DNA of 64,000 bases, taken from contig JBFWJS010000002.1 in NCBI GenBank assembly GCA_050253075.1, positions 320,001-384,000 on the forward strand, read 5' to 3'. Position numbers and translations under genes: made by a program. Positions 10,686-20,181 of this stretch are shown piece after piece (the first letter of the stretch is position 1; every line of letters begins with the position of its first letter). Below the pieces are notes generated by a model. It had not been told where the DNA came from and did not search any database. It worked only from the letters and a program-made list of their open reading frames with translations. This DNA is from Deferribacterales bacterium (lineage in GTDB: Bacteria; Chrysiogenota; Deferribacteres; Deferribacterales; Geovibrionaceae).

Positions 10686-11605
10686 TTATTTTCAACAGAT
10701 GCCCTAAGCGCAGCCTTCAATGCAGCAGGGAAGAGCGGGCCGTGAGACAGATAGCCGAGCTCTCTGTACTCGCAAAAGACTCCCGGGGTAAGGAAAAGCC
10801 TTTCCGCCGCCCTTCTCAGCGCATCTTTGGGAGAGTGTGCGTATAGCATCTTTCTCTTTCGTATCTTTTCGCTGTCCCCCTCTGACGGCAGGTAAGCATT
10901 CGCCAGTGCGCCTTTCATAAGCAGGATATGGCGACCGGCTAGGTCTGCTTCGGGGATGGTCTGCATAAAGCTCCAGAAATAATCCCCACGCTGCCACCAG
11001 AAGGAAGGATCAGCAGAAATGTAGCTCCTGAAAAGTTCAGGATGCTCCTTTATTACCGTCAGAACAAAAAGCCCCCCGTATGAATGTCCAAAGAGTGTCC
11101 TTCGCTCTATGTTCAAGGGGGCTCTCTTTTCCGACAGGGAGAAAACCTTATCTTTTATAAAATCTAAAAAAACAGATGCACCACCGCCCATACGTGAGGT
11201 GTCCAGCTCGTCCACGGCGTCTCTGCCGTCGCTTCTGGCGGGTGTATAGTCATATGTACGTGCGGGCATATGGAACAGCTTGTCTGTTTCATAGCCTATG
11301 GCGACGATGACGGGCGGTTCGCCCATGCTGAGCTCCCTGAGCTGTTCTTCGGTGATCATCTCAAGGACTGCATTGCCGTCTGTGGCATATATGGACGGAT
11401 ATCCGCCCTCTTTCGGCTGTTTCTTCGGCACTGCGGTGACTATCCTGTATGATCTTTCACCGTCTGCCGAGACAGCCTTGTCGTAGTAAAACGTATAAAA
11501 CTCCGAATCTCTGCTCTCTGTATAAACAGCAGTCACCGGAGCGGGTTGTGCAAATGCCTTCAGGCACAGCAGGGTCATAAAAACTGTCAGAAAAACTTTA
11601 TTCAT
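10682..11605 (-). CDS. Periplasmic alpha/beta-hydrolase, IroE/BesA-like siderophore esterase
   Basis: Signal peptide; TDGNA, RTYDYTP, GGGASVFLDFI and nucleophile elbow GHSYGG; immediately downstream of siderophore receptor. Confidence 0.82.
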   Translation of the reverse strand: MNKVFLTVFMTLLCLKAFAQPAPVTAVYTESRDSEFYTFYYDKAVSADGERSYRIVTAVPKKQPKEGGYPSIYATDGNAVLEMITEEQLRELSMGEPPVIVAIGYETDKLFHMPARTYDYTPARSDGRDAVDELDTSRMGGGASVFLDFIKDKVFSLSEKRAPLNIERRTLFGHSYGGLFVLTVIKEHPELFRSYISADPSFWWQRGDYFWSFMQTIPEADLAGRHILLMKGALANAYLPSEGDSEKIRKRKMLYAHSPKDALRRAAERLFLTPGVFCEYRELGYLSHGPLFPAALKAALRASVENK

Positions 11606-11628
11606 CTATACACCGCTATTAAAATGAG

Positions 11629-11652
11629 GCCGCCCCAATGCAGCGGGGCGGC
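11629..11652 (-). terminator. GC-rich hairpin between receptor and esterase (terminator or mRNA stabiliser)
   Basis: GCCGCCCC-N8-GGGGCGGC. Confidence 0.55.
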
Positions 11653-11664
11653 GACATTCGAGTA

Positions 11665-13716
11665 TCAGAATCTCAGTGTCATATCTGCTGTGACTCTGAG
11701 TCCTTCATCAAGCATCCAGTTTCCGTCGAGTCCGTCGTAACGTCCTCTGTCGTCCACTGCTACTTTTTTATCCGCAAGGTTAAGTACTGCCACCTTGAAT
11801 GTTATGTGGTCGTTAAGGTCGTATTTACCGCCTATGTCGAATGTGGCTGTGCCTTCACGCTCTCTTGTGTTCATAGCGCCGTTTCTGAAGCCTGCGTAGT
11901 ACTGCTTGCTTACCAGATTAGCCCTTGTGAAGAGGTAAAGGGAGCTTGTCGGCTGCCAGTCTATCTGAGCGTTGAACATATGCTCCGGTGTCATATCCAG
12001 AGGCTTACCGTCGAGGGAGCTGCCGTCAAATGCCGGCTCTCCGCCTTCACGCTCGGAGTCTGTGTATGTGTAGTTTGCTTTGAAAGAAACTGTCTCTGTC
12101 ACAGGTGTTGAAAATGATGCTTCCACACCTCTGATGTTTACTTTATCGATGTTTTCATACTCATAGAGCACATTGCCGTTTCCGTCTGTATCGCCGTTGC
12201 TGAAGCTGGATACCTTATCCTTCAGGTCGTTGTTATAAACTGTGAATCCGAAGTGGACACCGCCCGGCACGTCGTATCTGATGCCGATCTCTTCGGTGAT
12301 GCTCTTTTCAGGGTCGAGGTCTTCATTACCGCAAAGAACGCCTCTCTGCTGTGCACCGCCGCCTGTTGTCATGCAATATCCTTCTGTTGTCTGGCGTATT
12401 GTCGGAGCTTTATAGCCCATTGCGACACCGCCTCTCAGCGTCCATCTGTCTGTCAGCTTGTAGACTGTGTATAAACGCGGTGTCCAGTTGTCGCCGTATC
12501 TCTCGTCGTCGTCCATACGGAGCCCTGCTGTCACTGCGAGTCTGTCTGTGATAAAGTATTCATCCTCCAGATACAGCGCATATGCCTCTATCTGTACTTC
12601 GTCGCTGTTTGCAGGGTATCCTGTCACTGCGGCTTCATCGGAGATATCTTCCAGCTTAGAGTCCTGATACTGACCGCCGAAACGGAGTATGTTTGTGCTG
12701 AACTGATATGTGATACCTGCATCCACCACAGTGTTTCTCAGGTCAGGTGATGCGGATGACTCCACGCCGTCTGTGTATGATCTCTTCTCTGCGTATTCCT
12801 GACTGAGGCTGAAGCTGGTGCCCAGCTTGCCATAGCGTCCGTCATGGGAGAGCGACCAGTGCTTTCTGTCGTGCTCGGTGCGTGTATCGTCGGCAGTATC
12901 TGCGAGAGTCTTACCGCCTGTCTGGTCGTATACGAGCTCTTCACGTCCTGCTTCAAAGATTATGTCGTTATTCTTATCAGGGGTGAAAGTGAACTTACCT
13001 GCGAAGTTGTTCTCCTCCTGACCGTATTTACCGTATGTATTCGCATTGGAATAGTAGATGTCGTCTTCGGCCTGATCAGATATATCGCCGTAAAGCTGTA
13101 CGCCGAGCTTATCTTTCACCAGCGGACCGCCGACCCATATCTGGCTGCCGTAGCTGTTGCCGTAGTCGCTGTCTTTATGCTGAACAGTGCCGAAGTTGAT
13201 AGACCCGTGCCATTCGCTGGGCACTTTCTTTGTGATGATGTTCACCACACCGCCCATAGCATCAGAACCGTATACGGAAGACATCGGTCCTCTGATGACC
13301 TCTATCCTCTCTATCGCTTCAAGGGGCGGTATCATGTTCGACTGAACGCCTGTTGTGCCTCTGTTCATTGTCTCCCTGGTGTTCTGGCGTATGCCGTCCA
13401 CCATTATTAGTGTATAGCTACCGGGCAAACCTCTGATAACGATGTCTGTCTCGCTGGGGCTTGTCCCGTTGATGCTGACACCCTCTACTGTTTTAAGCAG
13501 TTCTCTGATATTATTTGCAGGGAGCTTTTCGATGTCTTCCCTGGTTATAATGCTAATACTGGCAGGAGCGTCTGCTATCTTCTGTTCGTATCCTGTTGCC
13601 GTCACGACGACAGCATCGAGTCCGTGCTCCTCTTCTGCCATTGCGGGCACTGTGTAGAGTGCCATTACAAGGGCGAGAGCCATCCCCCCGAGTTTAAACA
13701 AAGCTTTTATTTTCAT
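11665..13716 (-). CDS. TonB-dependent receptor, CirA/IrgA/CfrA-like (catechol siderophore)
   Basis: TonB box/plug DAVVVTATGYEQKIADAPASISII; IERIEVIRGPMSSVYGSDAMGGVVNIITKK; terminal Phe. Confidence 0.93.
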   Translation of the reverse strand: MKIKALFKLGGMALALVMALYTVPAMAEEEHGLDAVVVTATGYEQKIADAPASISIITREDIEKLPANNIRELLKTVEGVSINGTSPSETDIVIRGLPGSYTLIMVDGIRQNTRETMNRGTTGVQSNMIPPLEAIERIEVIRGPMSSVYGSDAMGGVVNIITKKVPSEWHGSINFGTVQHKDSDYGNSYGSQIWVGGPLVKDKLGVQLYGDISDQAEDDIYYSNANTYGKYGQEENNFAGKFTFTPDKNNDIIFEAGREELVYDQTGGKTLADTADDTRTEHDRKHWSLSHDGRYGKLGTSFSLSQEYAEKRSYTDGVESSASPDLRNTVVDAGITYQFSTNILRFGGQYQDSKLEDISDEAAVTGYPANSDEVQIEAYALYLEDEYFITDRLAVTAGLRMDDDERYGDNWTPRLYTVYKLTDRWTLRGGVAMGYKAPTIRQTTEGYCMTTGGGAQQRGVLCGNEDLDPEKSITEEIGIRYDVPGGVHFGFTVYNNDLKDKVSSFSNGDTDGNGNVLYEYENIDKVNIRGVEASFSTPVTETVSFKANYTYTDSEREGGEPAFDGSSLDGKPLDMTPEHMFNAQIDWQPTSSLYLFTRANLVSKQYYAGFRNGAMNTREREGTATFDIGGKYDLNDHITFKVAVLNLADKKVAVDDRGRYDGLDGNWMLDEGLRVTADMTLRF

Positions 13717-13778
13717 CTTTCCTCCTAAATATGTAACAAAGCCTTTTGAATCAGTACCTTCAAATCAAACCGTATAAT

Positions 13779-13797
13779 GGTATTGAAAATCAGTATC
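13779..13797. promoter_or_regulatory. Fur box upstream of TonB-dependent receptor
   Basis: GGTATTGAAAATCAGTATC, 15/19 to GATAATGATAATCATTATC. Confidence 0.75.
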
Positions 13798-13834
13798 AAC
13801 ACAGAGACATTAGCAGACCTTTTTCAGGAAGGGA

Positions 13835-13872
13835 ATGGAACCATCCTGAATTACATATGGATTTTTCCTGAA
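13835..13872. promoter_or_regulatory. Putative AraC-type operator: direct repeat ATGGA-N4-TCCTGAA x2
   Basis: Copies at 13835-13850 and 13857-13872 (22-bp period), upstream of the Fur box relative to the receptor. Confidence 0.5.
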
Positions 13873-13987
13873 CCGCCTAAAGCCGTTCTAATATTGTGTT
13901 ACGAGTGTTCATACAGGGCAAAGGACTGTGCCCCAATCTTCCGCAAAGCAGAATAAATGTGTCTGGTCAGTCGGTTAAGAGAGTCTC

Positions 13988-14893
13988 TTATCCATTTACT
14001 GCGGTATCTATATCCTGAATCATCAGCAGCAGCGACTTCACCCCGCCGTTTGCCAGATACCAGTAGTCAGCGGGAAGGTATACTATCCTGCCGTTCTTAT
14101 ATGCGTTTGTTGTTCTTATCAGTACATTTTCGATTTCGCTTCTGTCTGCGTCCTTACCTGTCACCACAGAGTTTCTGTCTATGATGAATAGATAGTCGGG
14201 GTTCAGCTTTGCGATGTATTCGCTGTTTACGCTCCAGCCGTGTGTTGAGACCTGAATGTTCTCATCCGCCGGCTTCACTTCAAATTCGTCGTGGATAATG
14301 CCGAATCTGGAGCCCTTTCCGTATACACTGAATTTACCGTTGTTATACAGTGTGATCAGCCCTCTGCCTGACTGACTGCCGACAGTGTCTTTCAGCCTTT
14401 CAAGTGCATTGTCGAACTCTTTTATGAGTCCTGAAGCCTCCGCCTCTTTCCCCCAGATGTGCCCGAGCAGCGCGGTATTCGCTCTGAAAGAGTCTATGTA
14501 TCTGCTGCTGTCGATGTTTATGTTCACCGTCGGGGCTATCTTCGACAGCTTTTCATGCAGTCTCGCCTGTCTGTTGCTGATTATTATCAGGTCGGGAGAG
14601 AGCTTATATACCTTTTCGATATCGAACTCCATTACTCCGCCGACATCAGTGTATTTTTCGCTTCTGAACCTTTCGAGGTAGTTAGGCAGGTGTCCTTTCG
14701 GCACTGCTATCACCACATTTTCCAGACCGAGCTCTTCCATAGTGTCGAGGGAGCTGTAGTCCATCACCACTACCTTCGAAGGATATTCGGGGAATTTTTC
14801 CACCACCTTCCCTTTGGACATAAGCTGATAATCAGCCGCAAAAACGCCCTGCGCCATTATCAGCAGAGCAAAAACTGTTAAAAGTCTTCTCAT
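13988..14893 (-). CDS. Siderophore ABC transporter substrate-binding protein (CeuE/YclQ/FatB-like)
   Basis: Start MRRLL with signal peptide; PSKVVVMDYSSLD, GSRFGIIHD, STHG, NPDYLFIIDR, WYL. Confidence 0.9.
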   Translation of the reverse strand: MRRLLTVFALLIMAQGVFAADYQLMSKGKVVEKFPEYPSKVVVMDYSSLDTMEELGLENVVIAVPKGHLPNYLERFRSEKYTDVGGVMEFDIEKVYKLSPDLIIISNRQARLHEKLSKIAPTVNINIDSSRYIDSFRANTALLGHIWGKEAEASGLIKEFDNALERLKDTVGSQSGRGLITLYNNGKFSVYGKGSRFGIIHDEFEVKPADENIQVSTHGWSVNSEYIAKLNPDYLFIIDRNSVVTGKDADRSEIENVLIRTTNAYKNGRIVYLPADYWYLANGGVKSLLLMIQDIDTAVNG

Positions 14894-14907
14894 CAAATAA
14901 ACCTCAC

Positions 14908-15663
14908 TTATGTATAATACAGGCATATCTTACTGCCGTTCATCTCATGCACGTTGAATCCCATGTCGAATATCCCCTGCAGGGTATCGTCCCTGATTAT
15001 CTCGTCCACACTGCCGAACTTAACCAGCTTTCCGTCCTTCATCGCTGCGATATAGTCGGAATAGCAAGAGGCAAAGTTTATGTCGTGTATCACCAGCAGA
15101 ATGGTCTTTCCGCTGTCGGCGAGCCTGCGCAGTGTCTTCATTATCTGCACCGAGTGCTTCATATCCAGATTGTTCAGCGGCTCGTCCAGCATGATGCAGT
15201 CTGTATCCTGCGCTATTATCATCGCTATGAAAGCTCTCTGCTTCTGTCCTCCGCTGAGTGTGCTGATATCCTTCCCCTCTGATTCACGCAGATCCATATA
15301 GTCTATGGCTCTTTCCACCATCTCTCTGTCTTCACGTGTCAGGCGTCCTCCGCTGTATGGGAACCTGCCGAACTCCACCAGCTCCCTCACGGTCAGCCTG
15401 ATGTTTATGTGTGTGGACTGCTTCAGTATCGATATCTGTTTAGCAAGAGAATTGTCGTTTATGGAGTCTATGGGTGTATTGTGAAGGTAGACCTGCCCCT
15501 CTGTCTGCTTTAAAAGCCTGCTCATCACAGCCAGCAGAGTACTTTTCCCTGCGCCGTTTGAGCCGATGAAGGATGTTATCTTCCCCTTCGGTATCTCAAG
15601 GCTGATGGACTCCACGACAGCCTTGTCGTCGTAATATTTTGATATATTTTCTGTTTTCAGCAT
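14908..15663 (-). CDS. Iron-siderophore ABC transporter ATPase (CeuD/YclP-like)
   Basis: GSNGAGKST, LSGGQKQR, LDEPLNNLDMKH. Confidence 0.95.
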   Translation of the reverse strand: MLKTENISKYYDDKAVVESISLEIPKGKITSFIGSNGAGKSTLLAVMSRLLKQTEGQVYLHNTPIDSINDNSLAKQISILKQSTHINIRLTVRELVEFGRFPYSGGRLTREDREMVERAIDYMDLRESEGKDISTLSGGQKQRAFIAMIIAQDTDCIMLDEPLNNLDMKHSVQIMKTLRRLADSGKTILLVIHDINFASCYSDYIAAMKDGKLVKFGSVDEIIRDDTLQGIFDMGFNVHEMNGSKICLYYT

Positions 15664-16604
15664 TTTTCACTCTCCCTGTTTAAGAGATACATAAAGTAGA
15701 CCCCGCCGACGAAGTTTATCACGATGGAGACTGTCACGTTGAAATAGAATACCCGCTCAATGATGAACTGCCCGCCCACGATGGCGATGACGGATATGCC
15801 CGATGCACAGGCTATGACATAGCCGTGCTTGTATGTCTTCATCGTTTCGTATGCGAGGTTGCTGACTATTATGCCGAGGAATGTCATCTGACCGACCAGA
15901 GCCGTAGGCACAGCCACAAGGAGCGTTATCAGTATCAGGCACAGCTTCACTATGCCGTCGTAGTTTATGCCCAGATTTATAGCGTTGTCCCTGCCGAGGA
16001 GCATCACGTCCAGCTTACGGAAAAGACGGGTGCTGAATAGAGCGATGACAGAGACTATCACGGCGGATATCCATGTCAGGTCCACACGGATGTTGTTAAA
16101 GCTGGCGAACATGGCGTCCTGTACTATCTGGAATTCGTTCGGGTCTATCAGCATCTGCATGAAGACCGTCAGACTGCGGAACAGAGTCCACATCACGACC
16201 CCCACCAGCATAAGGAAGAAGATGTTCCCGTGGCGGACAAATATCAGCCTGTAGAGTATGAATGTGAACAGCATAAGGCTGAGTGACGAAACACCGAAGT
16301 TGAACACCTCGTTCACCACCATCAGACCGCCGCTGCCGAAGACATACAGAGCCGTTGTCTGCAGAAACAGATACACCGAATCGAACCCCATGACAGACGG
16401 TGTCAGTATGCGGTTAAAGGATATGGTCTGGAATATCACTGATGAATATGCAACGGATATCCCCGTTATGACCATAGCGGCGACCTTTACACCCCTTTCC
16501 GGCAGGATGAAGGACAGGTCGCTCCCTGCATCATAAAACATGAACAGCAGTATGCTGAACACGGACAGGAGGCCTATTATAATGAGTTTCACATTATCCC
16601 GCAT
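15657..16604 (-). CDS. Iron-siderophore ABC permease (CeuC/YclO-like)
   Basis: FQTISFNRILTPSVMGFD; LDVMLLGRDNAINLG; multi-TM. Confidence 0.92.
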   Translation of the reverse strand: MRDNVKLIIIGLLSVFSILLFMFYDAGSDLSFILPERGVKVAAMVITGISVAYSSVIFQTISFNRILTPSVMGFDSVYLFLQTTALYVFGSGGLMVVNEVFNFGVSSLSLMLFTFILYRLIFVRHGNIFFLMLVGVVMWTLFRSLTVFMQMLIDPNEFQIVQDAMFASFNNIRVDLTWISAVIVSVIALFSTRLFRKLDVMLLGRDNAINLGINYDGIVKLCLILITLLVAVPTALVGQMTFLGIIVSNLAYETMKTYKHGYVIACASGISVIAIVGGQFIIERVFYFNVTVSIVINFVGGVYFMYLLNRESEKC

Positions 16605-17547
16605 TGAACCGCCTCCCGAGGATAAGATACAGGAAGACAGCCCCGCCTATTATCCCCACCATCACACTGACCGAGACCTCGAACGGAGCAATGACCGTCC
16701 GCCCGAGTATATCGCATATCAAAAGGAAGACCGCTCCGGACAAAGCTGTCAGAGGCAGTGTCTTTCTCAGATTGTCACCTGCTAATATGCTGACCACGTT
16801 CGGCACTATCAGCCCCACAAAGGGTATCATGCCCACTGTCAGCACTATCACCGCCGTAACACAAGAAACTATCACCAGCCCCATGCGGAACATGGACGAA
16901 TAGTTCAGCCCCAGATTAACGGCGAAGCTCTTACCCATCCCCATAAGGGTGAATCTGTCCGCATAAAGATATGCAAGTATCAGCAGAGGTATGCTTATAT
17001 ACATCAGCTCATACCTGCCCTGCATAACGGATGAAAAATCACCGTGGAGCCACGAAGACATGCTGTGCACCACATTGAACTGCAGTCCGATGAATGTCGT
17101 CACAGAGTCGAGAATATTTCCGAAAATGATGCCCAGCAGGGGCACAAAGACCAGATTCTTAAACTTTATCCTCTCGGCCAGTGTCATGAACACCGCAGAT
17201 GCGGCGAGTGTTACCCCGAGAGATATTATCAGCCTCTGATATGTCCCTCCCGACGGGAACATCAGCATGGAGAGCATTATGCCGAGTACGGCTGCATCCA
17301 TTGTGCCTGCCGTGGTCGGTGAAACGAATCTGTTGTGCGTCATCTGCTGCATTATGACACCGCAGATGCTCATGGATGCACCCGCTATGATAACCGCAGC
17401 GAGGCGTGGTATCCTGCTCGCAGCCATCACAAGGGACTGCCTGTCACTCAGGGAAAAGATATCTATGACAGATATATCCGTGAATCCCAGAAAGAGTGAA
17501 TAAAACCCGAGCACCAAAAGTAAAACCGATAAAATAATAATTTTCAT
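16594..17547 (-). CDS. Iron-siderophore ABC permease (CeuB/YclN-like)
   Basis: SRIPRL...MQQMTHNRFVSPTTAGT; GMIPFVGLIVPN; multi-TM. Confidence 0.92.
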   Translation of the reverse strand: MKIIILSVLLLVLGFYSLFLGFTDISVIDIFSLSDRQSLVMAASRIPRLAAVIIAGASMSICGVIMQQMTHNRFVSPTTAGTMDAAVLGIMLSMLMFPSGGTYQRLIISLGVTLAASAVFMTLAERIKFKNLVFVPLLGIIFGNILDSVTTFIGLQFNVVHSMSSWLHGDFSSVMQGRYELMYISIPLLILAYLYADRFTLMGMGKSFAVNLGLNYSSMFRMGLVIVSCVTAVIVLTVGMIPFVGLIVPNVVSILAGDNLRKTLPLTALSGAVFLLICDILGRTVIAPFEVSVSVMVGIIGGAVFLYLILGRRFNAG

Positions 17548-17562
17548 AATAATAATCCGCTA

Positions 17563-17581
17563 GATATTGAGAATCAATATC
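17563..17581. promoter_or_regulatory. Fur box upstream of ABC transporter operon
   Basis: GATATTGA-GAA-TCAATATC perfect 8-3-8 inverted repeat, 16/19 to consensus. Confidence 0.85.
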
Positions 17582-17772
17582 GACAGATATTGTATTTATA
17601 ATTTATTTTTGTCAAGCACTCTTTGAAACTTAAATGAAAATTCATATTTGCAGAAATGAGCGAAGATAAGGCTTTTGAAAAGGTATGGTTAAGATAGATC
17701 CTCACGGGTGAACCCTCAGGGCTGTGGCACTAGCCGAAGGCTGTACGAGTCCATGACAGTACTTTAACCCTA

Positions 17773-17811
17773 AGATTGCCGCGTCAAACCTACGGCTTTC
17801 CTCGCAATGAC
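17773..17811. repeat. REP-like palindromic element
   Basis: Minus strand GTCATTGCGAGGAAAGCCGTAGGTTTGACGCGGCAATCT resembles the GTCATTGCGAG...GCAATC class of intergenic repeats; single copy in the window. Confidence 0.45.
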
Positions 17812-17938
17812 TTTTCTGTGATTTGCTTATGCAGCTGAGGGTATAGATAAGATAAAAACGGGTGCCGCACACTACAGCACCCGCTACCTTACCAACATAG
17901 GGTCTAAACCCTCGGAGGAAATATTCGGAGGTTTTATG

Positions 17939-18841
17939 TTAGAATGATTTCACTATTGTAAACCACACAGCATCGCCTGCTGCGCAGTCTTTTGCACCGA
18001 ATTCTTTCTGGTATTTCAGCCTGAGCTGACCTTTCATCGCTGGGATGTTCATCTGCACTTCAGGACCTGCTCCGAAGAGTCTGTCTTTATCCGTGCTTGT
18101 GGCATCTGAGCCTTTATCCTCTGTGAGCTGCCAGTGAGCGAAACCTGATACGCCGAGCTCAAAAAGTCCGACCTGTCTGCCGATACCCCAGTCAAAGCTG
18201 AAGTCATCACCGGATCTCACGTCTGTTGATCTGTTTTTAAAATGCTTCTCGTATCTGGTGAGTACAGAAATGCTCCAGAGCTTCGCAGCATCGGGATAAA
18301 CTGTCGCACCGAGTGAATACATAAGTGTATAGCGGTCTGAGCCTATTGATGCGGCATCGTCTTTCTCATAATAGCCGGTAGGGAGAAATGCGGCGATGGC
18401 TGTCGATGCGTCCCATCTTTCTCCATGCCAGCTGATGAGAAGCGGCTCGAATGTGATATCGCCGATGTCTGTGCTGTCGTCATCGATGCCTGCAGCGTCT
18501 ATCTCCACATTAAGATTCACGACAGGAACGATAACATTCATCCCATAGTCACCGCCGAGTATCTTTTTGTTTGTAATGTATACGAAACGGTTAGCCATGA
18601 TAAAAGCGGAGAGGTCGAAACCGTTGTTTATCTCATCGCCGTCTTTGTCGTATGTTTTGTCTGCTTCATAGTATTTTGTATAGAGCACATAATAGAAGCC
18701 CGGAGGCGGAACAGTTGCACCCTTTATGCCTTCTGTACCTACGGGGTAATCCTGTGCTTTAACCTGTCCTGCTGTCACCATTACGAAAAGTGCAATGAGA
18801 GCCATTGAAATATTTTTTATTGTTTTTGCATTAATTCTCAT
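17939..18841 (-). CDS. SphA/Phenol_MetA_deg-family outer-membrane beta-barrel channel
   Basis: Signal peptide; YPVGTEGIKGATVPPPGFYY; GDITFEPLLISWH; LPTGYY; GAGPE; terminal Phe. Confidence 0.8.
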   Translation of the reverse strand: MRINAKTIKNISMALIALFVMVTAGQVKAQDYPVGTEGIKGATVPPPGFYYVLYTKYYEADKTYDKDGDEINNGFDLSAFIMANRFVYITNKKILGGDYGMNVIVPVVNLNVEIDAAGIDDDSTDIGDITFEPLLISWHGERWDASTAIAAFLPTGYYEKDDAASIGSDRYTLMYSLGATVYPDAAKLWSISVLTRYEKHFKNRSTDVRSGDDFSFDWGIGRQVGLFELGVSGFAHWQLTEDKGSDATSTDKDRLFGAGPEVQMNIPAMKGQLRLKYQKEFGAKDCAAGDAVWFTIVKSF

Positions 18842-18860
18842 ACTTGTCTCCTGTGATTCA

Positions 18861-19517
18861 TTATTTATAGAACGTAAGAGTCGTGAGCTTCAGCACGCCT
18901 TTGTAGAAATCTGTGCTGACGTGCTTCTCTGCCTCAGTGCAGAATGAGCCGAACCAGCTTGCGATGTGTTCCTCGATGAAGGAATCACGCTTTTCGCAAT
19001 AGAGTTCATACGCATCACTGCTGCCTGCAAGCATCTTTTCTGATGTATCACCTGCGAGATATGCCAGATAACCTATCAGTGTGCCGATATAGTCGTGTCT
19101 GTTATTCAGATCGAGAAAACCTGTGTAGCCTTCGCTGTTATACATTTCTGCCAGCTTGCTTATCACAGACAGATCCTTCGCCCCTTTATAAACCTGGGAA
19201 TAAGGCGGTCTCGGACCGTAATCGGGAGAAACTCCCCTGAAGGTCTTTGTCCAGTCACGCTTCAGCTCGAGCAGGATATCCTCATAGTCGCTCATCACGC
19301 CGTGAGGTATAGATGTCAGCATTTCCATGACACCTTTCAGGGTCGGGTCGGAGACATCTGCGGGCATCAGTTTTCCAACTGCCTTTATCAGCTCTTCGCA
19401 TGGATTGACATTATAAAATGCCGCCAGCAGAGAGAACGATGCTTCCTCCAGACGAACTTCCTGAAGCTCTATATCCTGATCTTCCATTACGGTTATATCG
19501 TTTTCTTTCATGTTCAT
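18861..19517 (-). CDS. TorD/DmsD-family molybdoenzyme chaperone
   Basis: PPYSQVY and DYIG (DHIG-like) motifs, FIEEHIASWF, FYKGV; operon position. Confidence 0.8.
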   Translation of the reverse strand: MNMKENDITVMEDQDIELQEVRLEEASFSLLAAFYNVNPCEELIKAVGKLMPADVSDPTLKGVMEMLTSIPHGVMSDYEDILLELKRDWTKTFRGVSPDYGPRPPYSQVYKGAKDLSVISKLAEMYNSEGYTGFLDLNNRHDYIGTLIGYLAYLAGDTSEKMLAGSSDAYELYCEKRDSFIEEHIASWFGSFCTEAEKHVSTDFYKGVLKLTTLTFYK

Positions 19518-19566
19518 ACCTCGCTTTATACGCCCCGCTAAGCAGGCGGGGCATAAAGTATTGTGA

Positions 19567-20172
19567 TCAATCTATGTAAAATACCCTTGGCACAGTGCCC
19601 TCTTCCGGTTTATAAGCCTCCGGCTTAAACTCACGGTAGACTTTAGATATTTCACTGTCGGGGTCGTCCAGATCGCCGAAGATCCTTGCTTTCGCAGGGC
19701 ATGTATCCACACATGCGGGCTCTATGCCTCTCTCTCTTCTGGAAGCGCAGAAAGTACATTTGTCCACTGTCTCAGTGACGTGCTCGCTGCTTCTCTTCTT
19801 CTCATATGCGTCCTGACCTTTATCGCCCCAGTATGTTGCTTTGTCTGCTTCGTTGAAGAAACGTGCGCCGTATGGGCATGCTTCCATACAGGCCTGACAT
19901 CCGATACACTCAGATGCTGTCACCTGAACTGTGCCGTCTGCGAGCTTTTTAGACGCTTTTGTCGGGCAGACCTCCACGCATGGAGCCTTGTCGCAGTGGT
20001 TACATATCAGAGGCATGTATGCCAGTCTGCTGTTAGGGAACTGGCCGTGCTCTAAAGTAAGCACTTTGGTGTAAAAAGTTCCCGGAGGTGTCGCATTCGC
20101 CTGTTTGCAGGCAACTGTACATCCGTTACATCCGAAACAGCGTCTTTTATCTATTATCATTGCCAGTTTCAT
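19567..20172 (-). CDS. 4Fe-4S dicluster electron-transfer subunit (DmsB/PsrB/ArrB-like)
   Basis: CFGCNGCTVAC, CNHCDKAPCVEVCP, CIGCQACMEACP, CTFC...PACVDTCP. Confidence 0.95.
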   Translation of the reverse strand: MKLAMIIDKRRCFGCNGCTVACKQANATPPGTFYTKVLTLEHGQFPNSRLAYMPLICNHCDKAPCVEVCPTKASKKLADGTVQVTASECIGCQACMEACPYGARFFNEADKATYWGDKGQDAYEKKRSSEHVTETVDKCTFCASRRERGIEPACVDTCPAKARIFGDLDDPDSEISKVYREFKPEAYKPEEGTVPRVFYID

Positions 20173-20181
20173 TTTTTACTC

